Part shown: positions 50,190 through 58,370 of the stretch, piece by piece
Position numbering within the stretch: position 1 is the stretch's first letter
Layout of the letters: the number at the start of each line of letters is the position of its first letter
DNA from: Candidatus Methylomirabilota bacterium
GTDB lineage: Bacteria; Methylomirabilota; Methylomirabilia; Rokubacteriales; CSP1-6
NCBI GenBank assembly: GCA_035936835.1
Contig: DASYVT010000069.1
Coordinates: forward strand, 6,800 to 70,799
Direction: 5' to 3'
DNA length: 64,000 nucleotides
Translations under genes and position numbers: made by a program
The notes under the pieces: generated by a model
The model's input: the letters and a program-made list of their open reading frames with translations, nothing else
Told to the model about the DNA's origin: nothing
Database searches by the model: none

Positions 50190-51080
50190 TCAGCCCTTGA
50201 TGAGGCCGTGCTGGACCAGGACGGCCCGGAGCCGCTCCCGGTTGGCCGCGCCCATGGGGCACATGGGCAGGCGGAACTCCGGCTCCAGCATCCCCATCAT
50301 GCCCATGGCTTCCTTCACGGGGATGGGGTTGGTCTCGATGAACACCGCGCGCGAGAGCGGGAAGAGCTTGAGGTGCAGCTCGCGGGCGAGCTTCCAGTCG
50401 CCGGCGAGGGCGGCATGGGTCATCTCCACGGTCTCTCGCGGCACGATGTTGGCGATGACCGAGATGACGCCGCGGCCGCCGACCGACATGAGCGGCAGCG
50501 TGATGTTGTCGTCGCCCGAGAGCACGCTGAAGTCCGGGCCGCAGGCGAGGATAACCTGGGTCATCTGGTCGAGCGAGCCCGAGGCCTCCTTGACGCCGAC
50601 GATGTTGGGACAGTCCTTGACCAGGCGCACGAGCGTGTCGGTTTCGACGTTGACCGCGGTGCGCCCGGCGATGTTGTAGACGAGGATCGGGATGTCCACG
50701 GCCTCGGCGATGGCGCGGAAGTGGCGGTAGAGCCCCTCCTGGGTCGGCCGGTTGTAGTACGGGTTGACCACGAGCGCGCCCGTGGCGCCGGCCTTCTTGG
50801 CGTGCGCGGTCAGGTCGATCGCCTCGCTGGTGGCGTTGGAGCCGGTGCCCGCGATGACGTGGAGCCGGCCGCGCGCCGCCTCGATGACGATCTCCACCAC
50901 GCGCTTGTGCTCGTCGTGGCTGAGCGTCGGCGACTCGCCCGTGGTGCCGCACGGCACGATGCCGTCCGTGCCCTGCGCCACGTGCATCTCGACGAGCTTC
51001 CTGAGCGTGGGCTCGTCGACCTTGCCGCCGCGAAACGGTGTGACCAGCGCGACGATGGAACCCTGGAACATGGGACGCAT
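50190..51080 (-). CDS. dapA: 4-hydroxy-tetrahydrodipicolinate synthase
   Basis: MRPMFQGSIVALVTPF..., PCGTTGESPTLS, VGVKEASG. ATG 51080 has GGAGGG 7 nt upstream; ATG 51071 is also possible. Confidence 0.9.
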   Translation of the reverse strand: MRPMFQGSIVALVTPFRGGKVDEPTLRKLVEMHVAQGTDGIVPCGTTGESPTLSHDEHKRVVEIVIEAARGRLHVIAGTGSNATSEAIDLTAHAKKAGATGALVVNPYYNRPTQEGLYRHFRAIAEAVDIPILVYNIAGRTAVNVETDTLVRLVKDCPNIVGVKEASGSLDQMTQVILACGPDFSVLSGDDNITLPLMSVGGRGVISVIANIVPRETVEMTHAALAGDWKLARELHLKLFPLSRAVFIETNPIPVKEAMGMMGMLEPEFRLPMCPMGAANRERLRAVLVQHGLIKG

Positions 51081-51245
51081 AGCGAAGCCCTCCGTTGCTC
51101 GGTGCATTCGGGAGGAGAAAGTCGTTTCACTCTAGCACCTCAGCCTGAACCACTTCAAGCGCCTGCTTCAATGCGGTACTATGGCCGCTCAGCCGCCCGC
51201 GGGTACCTGCCCCGGATCGCGGCCATCCCGCAAGGAGGGATCCGC

Positions 51246-52505
51246 ATGAGCGGCACACGGGCGCCCGGCTGGCCCGAAGGGCTCACAGCCAAGATCGCCG
51301 CAGAGGTGCGCGAGCGCTTCGGCACGCCCTGCTACGTATACGACCGGGCCGCGCTCGAGGCGGCGGTCCGCCGGGCACTGGCGTTCCCCGCGCCCTACGG
51401 CTTCACGCTGCGCTACGCGATGAAGGCCAACCCGAGCCACGGCATCCTGGCGCTCTTCCGCGACCTTGGGCTGCACGTGGATGCGTCAAGCGATTTCGAG
51501 GTCGAGCGGGCGCTCCGAGCCGGATTCCAGCCGGAGCGCGTCCAGCTGACCTCCCAGATGCCCTCGCGGCGGCTCGCGGAACACCTGCGCCGCGGGATCC
51601 TCTTCAATGCCTGCTCGCTCCACCAGCTGGAGGAGTTCGGGCGCGTCGCGCCGGGCGGGGAGGTGTCGGTCAGGATGAACCCCGGCCTGGGCTCCGGATC
51701 CACCAAGCGCACCAACACGGGCGGACCGGCCTCGAGCTTCGGCATCTGGCACGAGTACCTGGGCGAGGTCAAGGAGCTGGCCGCGCGCTACCGCCTCAGG
51801 ATCACGCGCCTGCACACTCATATCGGCTCGGGGACGGACCCGGAGGTCTGGAAGCGCGTGGCGCGGATGACGCTCGACATTGCGACACAGCTCGCCGACG
51901 TCGCCATCGTCAATCTGGGCGGCGGCTTCAAGGTCGGGCGCATGCCAGAGGAGCCGAGCGTGGACCTGGCCGACGTCGGCGCGCACGTCCGCCTCGAGCT
52001 GGAGGGCTTCCGCGAGCGCGACGGGCGGGCTCTGCGCCTCGAGCTCGAGCCCGGCACGCTCCTCGTCGCCAATGCCGGCGCCATCGTCGCCTCGTGCATC
52101 GACGTCGTGGACACGGGCGGCGACGGCTACCTCTTCGCGAAGCTCGACGCGGGCATGCCGGAGGTGACGCGCCCGTCGCTCTACGGCGCGCAGCACCCGA
52201 TCGACGTCCTGGCGGAGGGGCGGGAGGCCGCGGCGGTGGTATTCGTCGGGCCCTGCTGCGAGTCCGGCGACATTCTCACTCCCGTGCCCGGTGACCCCGA
52301 GGCGCTGGCGCCGCGCTGGGTGCCGCGCCCTCGGATCGGCGACCTGGTCATCATCGGCGGCGCCGGCGCGTACTGCGCCGCCATGGCCACCATCAACTAC
52401 AACTCCTACCCGCAGGCGCCCGAAGTCATGCTCGAGCCCGACGGAACGCTGACCCTTCTCCGCCGCCGCCAAGACCCCGAACAAGTTTGGGCGAACGAAG
52501 TCTAG
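51246..52505 (+). CDS. lysA: diaminopimelate decarboxylase
   Basis: ATG 51246 with AAGGAGGGA upstream. The rest of the 1068-aa track ORF is antisense shadow. YAMKANP (PLP lysine), HIGSG, GPCCESGD. Confidence 0.9.
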   Translation: MSGTRAPGWPEGLTAKIAAEVRERFGTPCYVYDRAALEAAVRRALAFPAPYGFTLRYAMKANPSHGILALFRDLGLHVDASSDFEVERALRAGFQPERVQLTSQMPSRRLAEHLRRGILFNACSLHQLEEFGRVAPGGEVSVRMNPGLGSGSTKRTNTGGPASSFGIWHEYLGEVKELAARYRLRITRLHTHIGSGTDPEVWKRVARMTLDIATQLADVAIVNLGGGFKVGRMPEEPSVDLADVGAHVRLELEGFRERDGRALRLELEPGTLLVANAGAIVASCIDVVDTGGDGYLFAKLDAGMPEVTRPSLYGAQHPIDVLAEGREAAAVVFVGPCCESGDILTPVPGDPEALAPRWVPRPRIGDLVIIGGAGAYCAAMATINYNSYPQAPEVMLEPDGTLTLLRRRQDPEQVWANEV

Positions 52506-52645
52506 AAGGCCTCCAACGGAGCAGGGCGTCGAGAAGGGTCCAGTTGCGAGGCGGCGCCCGAAGGCAGCGGGCGAGGCGTAGCCCTGCTACGTTGAGCCCC
52601 GGCCGAGGGAGCCAACGAAGCAAATGGGCCCTTATCGGCGTCCTG

Positions 52646-53737
52646 CTAGGGGACGGTGACGGAGACTTCGTTGGAGCGCGCGCTCTCGTTGGCCTGCCGA
52701 GCGCGGTCGAGCGCGGTGACGGCGTAGCGGTAGGTCCGGCCGGACTGCACGTCGCGATCCGTGTACACCGTTGTGATCCTCTGGGTCGCGGCGATTCGGA
52801 GGAACGCGCCGGCGCCTTCGGCGCGGTACACCGCGTAGAGCGCCACGTCCTCCTCCGGGCTCGCATTCCACGCGAGCCTCACGCTGCCCGAAGCAGAGAT
52901 GCCGATCAGCCGCGTGGGCGCCGAGGGCGGCGTCGTGTCCACCGGTGTGGCGGCGACCGCCGTCGAGGCGGCACCCCGCGCCGTACCCGCCGGATCCACG
53001 CGTACGGCGTGGACCGCGTAGCGGTAGGTGGTGTCGTTCTCGAGGCCCTTATCCGTGAAGGTGGTGCCGCCGATGGGCTCTGGTGTGATGGGCGCGAGGG
53101 CGCCGTCGCCCGCCGCGCGGAGCACGACGTAGCGAAGCTCGCCCGTCGCCGGCGCCCCGTCGAGGAAGGAGCCCGGAGCTTCCCACTTGAGCCGGACCTC
53201 CTTGTCCCCGGCCTGCGCGTCCAGACCCGAGGGCGCCGCCGGTCCTGCGAGGAGGGTGACGACGAGGCGCTCCGACGGCGGGCTCGAGCGCCCGATGCCA
53301 TCCTCGGCCGTGGCCACGTAGACGTAGCGGCGCCCGAAGCTGAGCCCCGCGCTGTCGGTCACGCTCACCGTCCCGCCCTGGACCTGGACGCCGGCGGGCG
53401 GAGCGACGTCGAGAGGGATGCGGGCGATCTCTTCGTAGCCGACCACGCGATCGCCCGAGAGCATGGCCGGCTTGGGCGCCGCGTTCGCGGCCTCTTCGCG
53501 CCTGAACAAGCGGACGACGGCCAGGTCGCGCAGTCGCGTACCGTCGGCTCGGACGCGCGGGTTGCTCCAGCTGACCACGATGGCGTGCTCGGAGACGACG
53601 GCGCGCATGCCGTCGGGCGGCAGGGGCAGGCGCCGCTCCGGCGCCACGATCGGCCCCACCTTGCCGCAGCCGACGAGGGCAAGGGCCGCGACCGCGAGGC
53701 CGACGGCCACGACCGCGCGCCGCGACGGGTAGATCAC
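52646..53737 (-). CDS. lipoprotein with an LptM-like N-terminus and three Fn3-like repeats
   Basis: GTG 53737 overlaps the argH stop (GTGA). Lipobox LALVGC, then GKVGPIVAPE (compare the LptM/YifL GCGxKGPLxxP motif). Three repeats follow of the pattern V.L.W...Y.V.R....TY.Y.V.A.D. Confidence 0.75.
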   Translation of the reverse strand: MIYPSRRAVVAVGLAVAALALVGCGKVGPIVAPERRLPLPPDGMRAVVSEHAIVVSWSNPRVRADGTRLRDLAVVRLFRREEAANAAPKPAMLSGDRVVGYEEIARIPLDVAPPAGVQVQGGTVSVTDSAGLSFGRRYVYVATAEDGIGRSSPPSERLVVTLLAGPAAPSGLDAQAGDKEVRLKWEAPGSFLDGAPATGELRYVVLRAAGDGALAPITPEPIGGTTFTDKGLENDTTYRYAVHAVRVDPAGTARGAASTAVAATPVDTTPPSAPTRLIGISASGSVRLAWNASPEEDVALYAVYRAEGAGAFLRIAATQRITTVYTDRDVQSGRTYRYAVTALDRARQANESARSNEVSVTVP

Positions 53738-55149
53738 CGCTGGGGATCCTTGGCGATCCGCTTTCGCGCCTGGGCGAGCTCGCGGGCGACAGCCTCGGGC
53801 GCCGTGCCACCCGTGACCGCGCGCGCTCTCAACGAGGCCTCGACGGTCAGCGCCGCATGGACGTCCTTGTCGATCAGCGGGGAGAACGCCCGGAGCTCCT
53901 CGAGCGAGAGCTCGCCGAGCTCCTTGCCCTTGTCGATACCGTACCGGACGGTGCGTCCCACGATCTCGTGGGCCTCGCGGAACGGCAGGCCCTTGCGCAC
54001 GAGGTAGTCGGCGAGGTCCGTCGCCGTGGAGTAGAAGGCGCCGGCTGCTTCCCGCATGCGGTCGACCCGGAAGCTCAGGCTCGCGAGCATGGGCGGCAGC
54101 ACGCGGAGCACCGCCTCGAGCGTGTCCACCGTGTCGAACAAGGGCTCCTTGTCCTCCTGCATGTCGGAGTTGTAGGTCAGCGGCAGCCCTTTCATCGTGG
54201 TCAGCACGGCCACAAGATTGCCGTAGAGGCGGCCCGTCTTGCCGCGGATCAGCTCGGCCACGTCCGGGTTCTTCTTCTGCGGCATGATCGACGAGCCCGT
54301 CGCGAAGGCGTCCGAGAACTCAACGAAGCCGAACTCGGCGGTGGCCCAGAGCGCCAGGTCGGCGGCGAGCCGCGAGCAGTGCATGCCGAGCACGGCCGCC
54401 GCCGCCAGGAACTCGATGACGTAATCCCGGTCGGCCACGGCGTCCATGCTGTTGGAGCTGGGCCCGGCGAAGCCCAGGTCCCGGGCGAGGGTCTCGCGGT
54501 CGATGGTGAAGGCCGCCCCGGCCAACGCCGCCGAGCCCAGCGGCAGGACGTTGACGCGCCGGCCGCAGTCGGCGAAGCGCTCGCGGTCCCGGTCGAGCAT
54601 GCAGACGTAGGCGAGGAGGTGGTGAGCGAGCAGCACCGGCTGGGCCCGCTGGAGGTGTGTGTAGCCGGGCATGGCGGCCTCGCGGTGACGCTCGGCCTGG
54701 TCGAGGAGCGCCGACTGCGCGGCCGCCAGCGCCGCGTCGAGGCTGCCGAGCACGTCCCGGAGGTAGAGGCGCTCGTCGAGGGCGATCTGGTCGTTGCGCG
54801 AGCGCCCCGTGTGAAGCTTCCCGCCCACGGCGCCCGCCAGCTCGATCAGGCGGCGCTCGATGTTCATGTGGATGTCTTCGAGCTCCCGGCGGAAGGCGAA
54901 CCGGCCGCTCTCGAGCTCCGCGCGCACGGCCTCGAGACCCTTGTCGATGGCCGCGCGCTCCCCGCCGTCGATGAGCCCCGCGCGCTCGAGCGCGCGGGCC
55001 CACGCTGCGCTGCCGCGGATGTCGTGGGGCCAGAGCCGTCGATCGAAGGCAAGTGAAGACGTGAAGGCTTCGGCCTCGGGATGGGCGCCTGCCTCGAAGC
55101 GGCCGCCCCAGGGCTTGCCCGAGCCCGGGGGACTGCCCGGGTCGGTCAC
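53734..55149 (-). CDS. argH: argininosuccinate lyase
   Basis: HTGRSRNDQ, GSSIMPQKKNPD signature. 471 aa. Confidence 0.95.
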   Translation of the reverse strand: MTDPGSPPGSGKPWGGRFEAGAHPEAEAFTSSLAFDRRLWPHDIRGSAAWARALERAGLIDGGERAAIDKGLEAVRAELESGRFAFRRELEDIHMNIERRLIELAGAVGGKLHTGRSRNDQIALDERLYLRDVLGSLDAALAAAQSALLDQAERHREAAMPGYTHLQRAQPVLLAHHLLAYVCMLDRDRERFADCGRRVNVLPLGSAALAGAAFTIDRETLARDLGFAGPSSNSMDAVADRDYVIEFLAAAAVLGMHCSRLAADLALWATAEFGFVEFSDAFATGSSIMPQKKNPDVAELIRGKTGRLYGNLVAVLTTMKGLPLTYNSDMQEDKEPLFDTVDTLEAVLRVLPPMLASLSFRVDRMREAAGAFYSTATDLADYLVRKGLPFREAHEIVGRTVRYGIDKGKELGELSLEELRAFSPLIDKDVHAALTVEASLRARAVTGGTAPEAVARELAQARKRIAKDPQR

Positions 55150-55931
55150 GAAGCGCCGGCCTCGCCGCGCTGGGCCGCTGGGAGCCCGTCGGTGTCGAGC
55201 AGCGCGGCGATGTGGCTCATGATGCGCCGGGTGATCTCCTCCCGATCCGTGTGGCTGGCACGGCGCCGGCGCGTCTGGTGGAAGTGCAGCGGCTGGCCGA
55301 AGCGGACGGCGAGTGGGCGGCTGCGGGGAACGTAGAAGCGGCGGCCGGCCAGCGCCTCGTAGGTGCCGCTGATAGCGGCGGGCACGACGGGCACGCCCGA
55401 GCGCAGCGCGATCATGGCGACACCCGGCTGCCCCGATACGAGCCGCCCCTCACGGCTGAACGGCCCCTCGGGGAAGATCCCGACGACGCCGCCATCCTCG
55501 AGGACGCGGAGGGTGCGCTTGATGGCGCCCGGGTCTGGGCGCTCGAGGTTGACGGGGATCGAGCCCACCCGGCGGTGGAACGACGGGTGCAGCGGGCTCG
55601 CGTGGAAGACACGCGGCATGACGAGAAAGTTGATGGGCCGCGGCACCGCGACGCCGAGCACCACGGCGTCGAGATAGTTGTGGTGGTTGGCCGCCAGGAT
55701 GAAGGGTCCCTCGGCGGGCAGGCGCTCGAGCCCCGTCACCTCGAGGCCGAACATCGAGCGCAGCATGGGCGCGCAGCCGCCACGCAGGATCTGATAGAGG
55801 GCAGGGAAGCGCGGCGCGCTCGGACGAGCGGCGGGTAGTCCCGCCGCCCCCGGCAGGATCCCGAGAGTGCTCGACTCGTCGCCCGGCGCCATGGTTTGCC
55901 TGTTTATAGCATCGAGACCGTTGACTGACAA
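55146..55931 (-). CDS. 1-acyl-sn-glycerol-3-phosphate acyltransferase family protein
   Basis: HxxxxD motif ANHHNYLDAVV, FPEGPFSREG. Overlaps the argH start by 4 nt. Start uncertain: TTG 55931 or ATG 55892. Confidence 0.8.
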   Translation of the reverse strand: MSVNGLDAINRQTMAPGDESSTLGILPGAAGLPAARPSAPRFPALYQILRGGCAPMLRSMFGLEVTGLERLPAEGPFILAANHHNYLDAVVLGVAVPRPINFLVMPRVFHASPLHPSFHRRVGSIPVNLERPDPGAIKRTLRVLEDGGVVGIFPEGPFSREGRLVSGQPGVAMIALRSGVPVVPAAISGTYEALAGRRFYVPRSRPLAVRFGQPLHFHQTRRRRASHTDREEITRRIMSHIAALLDTDGLPAAQRGEAGAS

Positions 55932-55965
55932 GGCGCGGACCCTCGTGCGCGCAGGCCCGGAGGCC

Positions 55966-57021
55966 TCAGCGCGGCCTCGCGAGGCGATACCGGGCTACCG
56001 CGTCGTTGTGAGCGGCCAAGCTCTCCGAGAACTGGTGGCGCCGGTCGTCCAGCGCGACGAAGTAGAGATAGTTGGCGCGCGCCGGGTGGGCTGCGGCCTG
56101 TATGGCCGGCAGCCCAGGGTTGGCGATCGGGCTTGGAGGAAGGCCGACGCGCCGGTAGGTGTTGAACGGGTGGTCCACCTGCAGATCGGCGCGCGTCAAG
56201 GCCTGGCGGCCCTTGCCGACGGCGTACTGCACCGTTGGGTCGGCCTGGAGCGGCATGTCCCGCTTGAGCCGGTTCCAGAACACGGCGGAGATCAGGGGCA
56301 GCTCGCTCCGCTCGACGCCCTCGCGCTCGATGATGGAGGCCAGCGTTAGCAGCTGGTGCGCGTTGAGCCCCCGGTCCCCGGCCGCCTTGAGGATGTCCGG
56401 CGTGAGCTGGGCGCGCATTTTTGCCACCATGCGCGCGAGCATTTCCTCCGGCGGCACGCTCTTGACGAACTGGTAGGAGTCCGGGAAGAGGTAGCCCTCG
56501 ACGGAGGCGCCCGGGATCTCGAGCGTGCGGAGGAAAAGGGGATCGCGGCCGACGCGGAGCACGTCGTCGGCGCGCGCGAGCCCCTCAGCCTCGACGGCGT
56601 GGGCCAGCTCGGCCAGCGTGAAGCCTTCGCGGAGGAGGACCGTGTGCTTGAGGACCCTGCCGCCTTCGAGGAGGCTCAGCACGGCGAAGCTGTTGGCCCC
56701 ATGTGGCACTTCGTACTCTCCGGCCTTGAGGCTTCGCGCGCTTCCATGCGCCAAGGCGAGGAGCGCGAAGCCGAATGGGCTCCTGATGACGCCGGCCTCG
56801 TCGAGGCGCCGGGCGATGTCGAGCAGGCCCTGGTGCGGCGGGATCTCCACGATGCGAGGGCCCTTGGTCACGCCGTCGGCCGCCGTCGTCACCCACCAGA
56901 CCTGGAGGTAAGCGAAGACCGCCAGAAGCGCCAGCGTGGCGTAGAGAAACCCGCGCACCGTCCGCCCCGGGCCGCCAGGCGCGTCGGTCGAGGTCTTGAG
57001 GACCCGGGACCGTTCCATCAT
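55966..57021 (-). CDS. mltG: endolytic murein transglycosylase, YceG/MltG family
   Basis: N-terminal TM anchor. LASIIEREG catalytic-Glu context, [17 protein letters not shown]. Confidence 0.85.
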   Translation of the reverse strand: MMERSRVLKTSTDAPGGPGRTVRGFLYATLALLAVFAYLQVWWVTTAADGVTKGPRIVEIPPHQGLLDIARRLDEAGVIRSPFGFALLALAHGSARSLKAGEYEVPHGANSFAVLSLLEGGRVLKHTVLLREGFTLAELAHAVEAEGLARADDVLRVGRDPLFLRTLEIPGASVEGYLFPDSYQFVKSVPPEEMLARMVAKMRAQLTPDILKAAGDRGLNAHQLLTLASIIEREGVERSELPLISAVFWNRLKRDMPLQADPTVQYAVGKGRQALTRADLQVDHPFNTYRRVGLPPSPIANPGLPAIQAAAHPARANYLYFVALDDRRHQFSESLAAHNDAVARYRLARPR

Positions 57022-57222
57022 GATTTTTCCTTATCTTGCCCGGGCTCTCCCGGCCAGTCAAACCTTCGGCCGGCACTGGGCCAATTTGCTTCGCCATATC
57101 TACTCAGCCCTCGCCTCGCGGCATGACCGCTCAGTTCGAACAACCACGTACGCCTCGCGTCGCTGGCTCGCTCGGGCCTCGTCTGGCTCGCAACTTGGCC
57201 CAGTGCCCTTCAGCAGGCAGGC

Positions 57223-57250
57223 TTGGTCAAGGCCAGGTTTCTGGTATACT
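57223..57250 (+). promoter_or_regulatory. candidate sigma-70 promoter of the rpoA-like gene
   Basis: TTGGTC (57223-57228), a 16-nt spacer ending TGg (extended -10), TATACT (57245-57250). It lies 49 nt upstream of ATG 57299, which has CAGGAGG at 57286-57292. Confidence 0.4.
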
Positions 57251-57298
57251 GGCCAACCTCGGGCGAAGCAGCCCGCCAATTCCCCCAGGAGGAATCCG

Positions 57299-58303
57299 AT
57301 GCCGCAGCTGGTGCTTCCTGTCCGCCACGAGTGGCTCGCCCGCGAGCGTGCCCACGGCCAGATCGCCGTCGAGCCCTTCGAGCCGGGCTTCGCCCTCACG
57401 GTGGGCAATGCCTACCGTCGCGTGCTCATGTCTTCGATCCCGGGCGCCGTGCCCACCTGGGCCAAGATCGAGGGTGTGCTCCACGAGTTCTCGCACCTGC
57501 AGGGCGTCAACGAAGACACGCTCGACATCATCATGAACCTGCGCAAGCTCGTCTTCGCCGTCAGCGTGAACCGGCCCAAGCTGCTGCGGCTCAAGGTCCA
57601 GGGCCCGCGGACGGTCACCGCGCGCGATTTCGAGCCCGACGCCGACGTCGAGATCCTGACGCCCGACATCGTGCTGGCCAGCCTCGACAAGGACGGCGCC
57701 CTCGAGATGGAGCTGTGCGTGGAGCGCGGCCGCGGCTACCAGGCCGCCGAGCGGCGCGAGCCCGAGGCTCTCCCGATTAACGCCATGCTCATCGACTCGG
57801 ATTTCTCCCCCGTCAAGCGGGTGAACTTCCACGTCGAGCCGTCGAAGCAGGAGCCGGGGTTCGAGCGTCTGGTGCTCGAGGTGTGGACCAACGGCAGCGT
57901 CACCCCCGAGACGGCGGTCGGCGAGGCCGCGCGTATCCTCGAGGACCAGTTCGACCTGCTGACGGACTTCCCGCAGAGCCCGCTGCCCGAGACTGAACCG
58001 GGCGAGCCGGGGCTCGAGACCGCGCCCCGGGTCGAGCTCAACGAGCACCTCTTCCGCAACGTGGACGAGCTCGAGTTGTCCGTCCGCGCGTCCAACTGCC
58101 TCAAGACCGCCAGCATCCGGACGATCGCCGACCTGGTGCAGAAGACCGAGTCGGAGCTGCTCAAGACCAAGAACTTCGGCAAGAAGTCGTTGAACGAGAT
58201 CAAGACCATCCTGGGAGAGATGGGGCTCGCGCTCGGCATGCGTCTCGATCCCGAGGAGCTGGAGCGGCTGCGCACCCAGTACGAGCGCAGCTTCGAGAGC
58301 TAG
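57299..58303 (+). CDS. rpoA: DNA-directed RNA polymerase alpha-subunit homologue, isolated and divergent
   Basis: NTD: [26 protein letters not shown]...IEGVLHEFS...[19 protein letters not shown]: [12 protein letters not shown]...[25 protein letters not shown]. It is flanked by opposite-strand mltG and comEC, with no rpsD/rplQ neighbours. Confidence 0.85.
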   Translation: MPQLVLPVRHEWLARERAHGQIAVEPFEPGFALTVGNAYRRVLMSSIPGAVPTWAKIEGVLHEFSHLQGVNEDTLDIIMNLRKLVFAVSVNRPKLLRLKVQGPRTVTARDFEPDADVEILTPDIVLASLDKDGALEMELCVERGRGYQAAERREPEALPINAMLIDSDFSPVKRVNFHVEPSKQEPGFERLVLEVWTNGSVTPETAVGEAARILEDQFDLLTDFPQSPLPETEPGEPGLETAPRVELNEHLFRNVDELELSVRASNCLKTASIRTIADLVQKTESELLKTKNFGKKSLNEIKTILGEMGLALGMRLDPEELERLRTQYERSFES

Positions 58304-58330
58304 GCCTCCTCCCGGCAATTCGCGCGTCCC

Positions 58331-58366
58331 GCCGCGGCCCCCGAGACGTCTGTCGGGGGCCGCGGC
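58331..58366. terminator. 14-bp perfect GC hairpin between convergent rpoA-like and comEC genes
   Basis: GCCGCGGCCCCCGA (58331-58344), loop GACGTCTG, TCGGGGGCCGCGGC (58353-58366). There is only a short T-tract (GCATTTAA) afterwards. Confidence 0.6.
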
Positions 58367-58370
58367 GCAT

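Noticed and set aside
51081-51245. A lysine (L-box) riboswitch or long structured leader upstream of dapA/lysA, and also upstream of lysC at 62743-62860.
   Set aside because: The intergenic regions are short (165 and 118 bp) and are shared by divergent promoters or occupied by the tandem repeat. I could not recognise the conserved L-box core helices by eye. A covariance-model scan (Rfam lysine riboswitch family) would be the decisive test.
57080-57098. 19-nt motif GCCAATTTGCTTCGCCATA, shared 18/19 with 62824-62842. Both copies are intergenic.
   Set aside because: A rough expectation for an 18/19 match between both strands of a 64-kb window is of order one. Flanking sequence shows no further similarity. 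Treated as chance.
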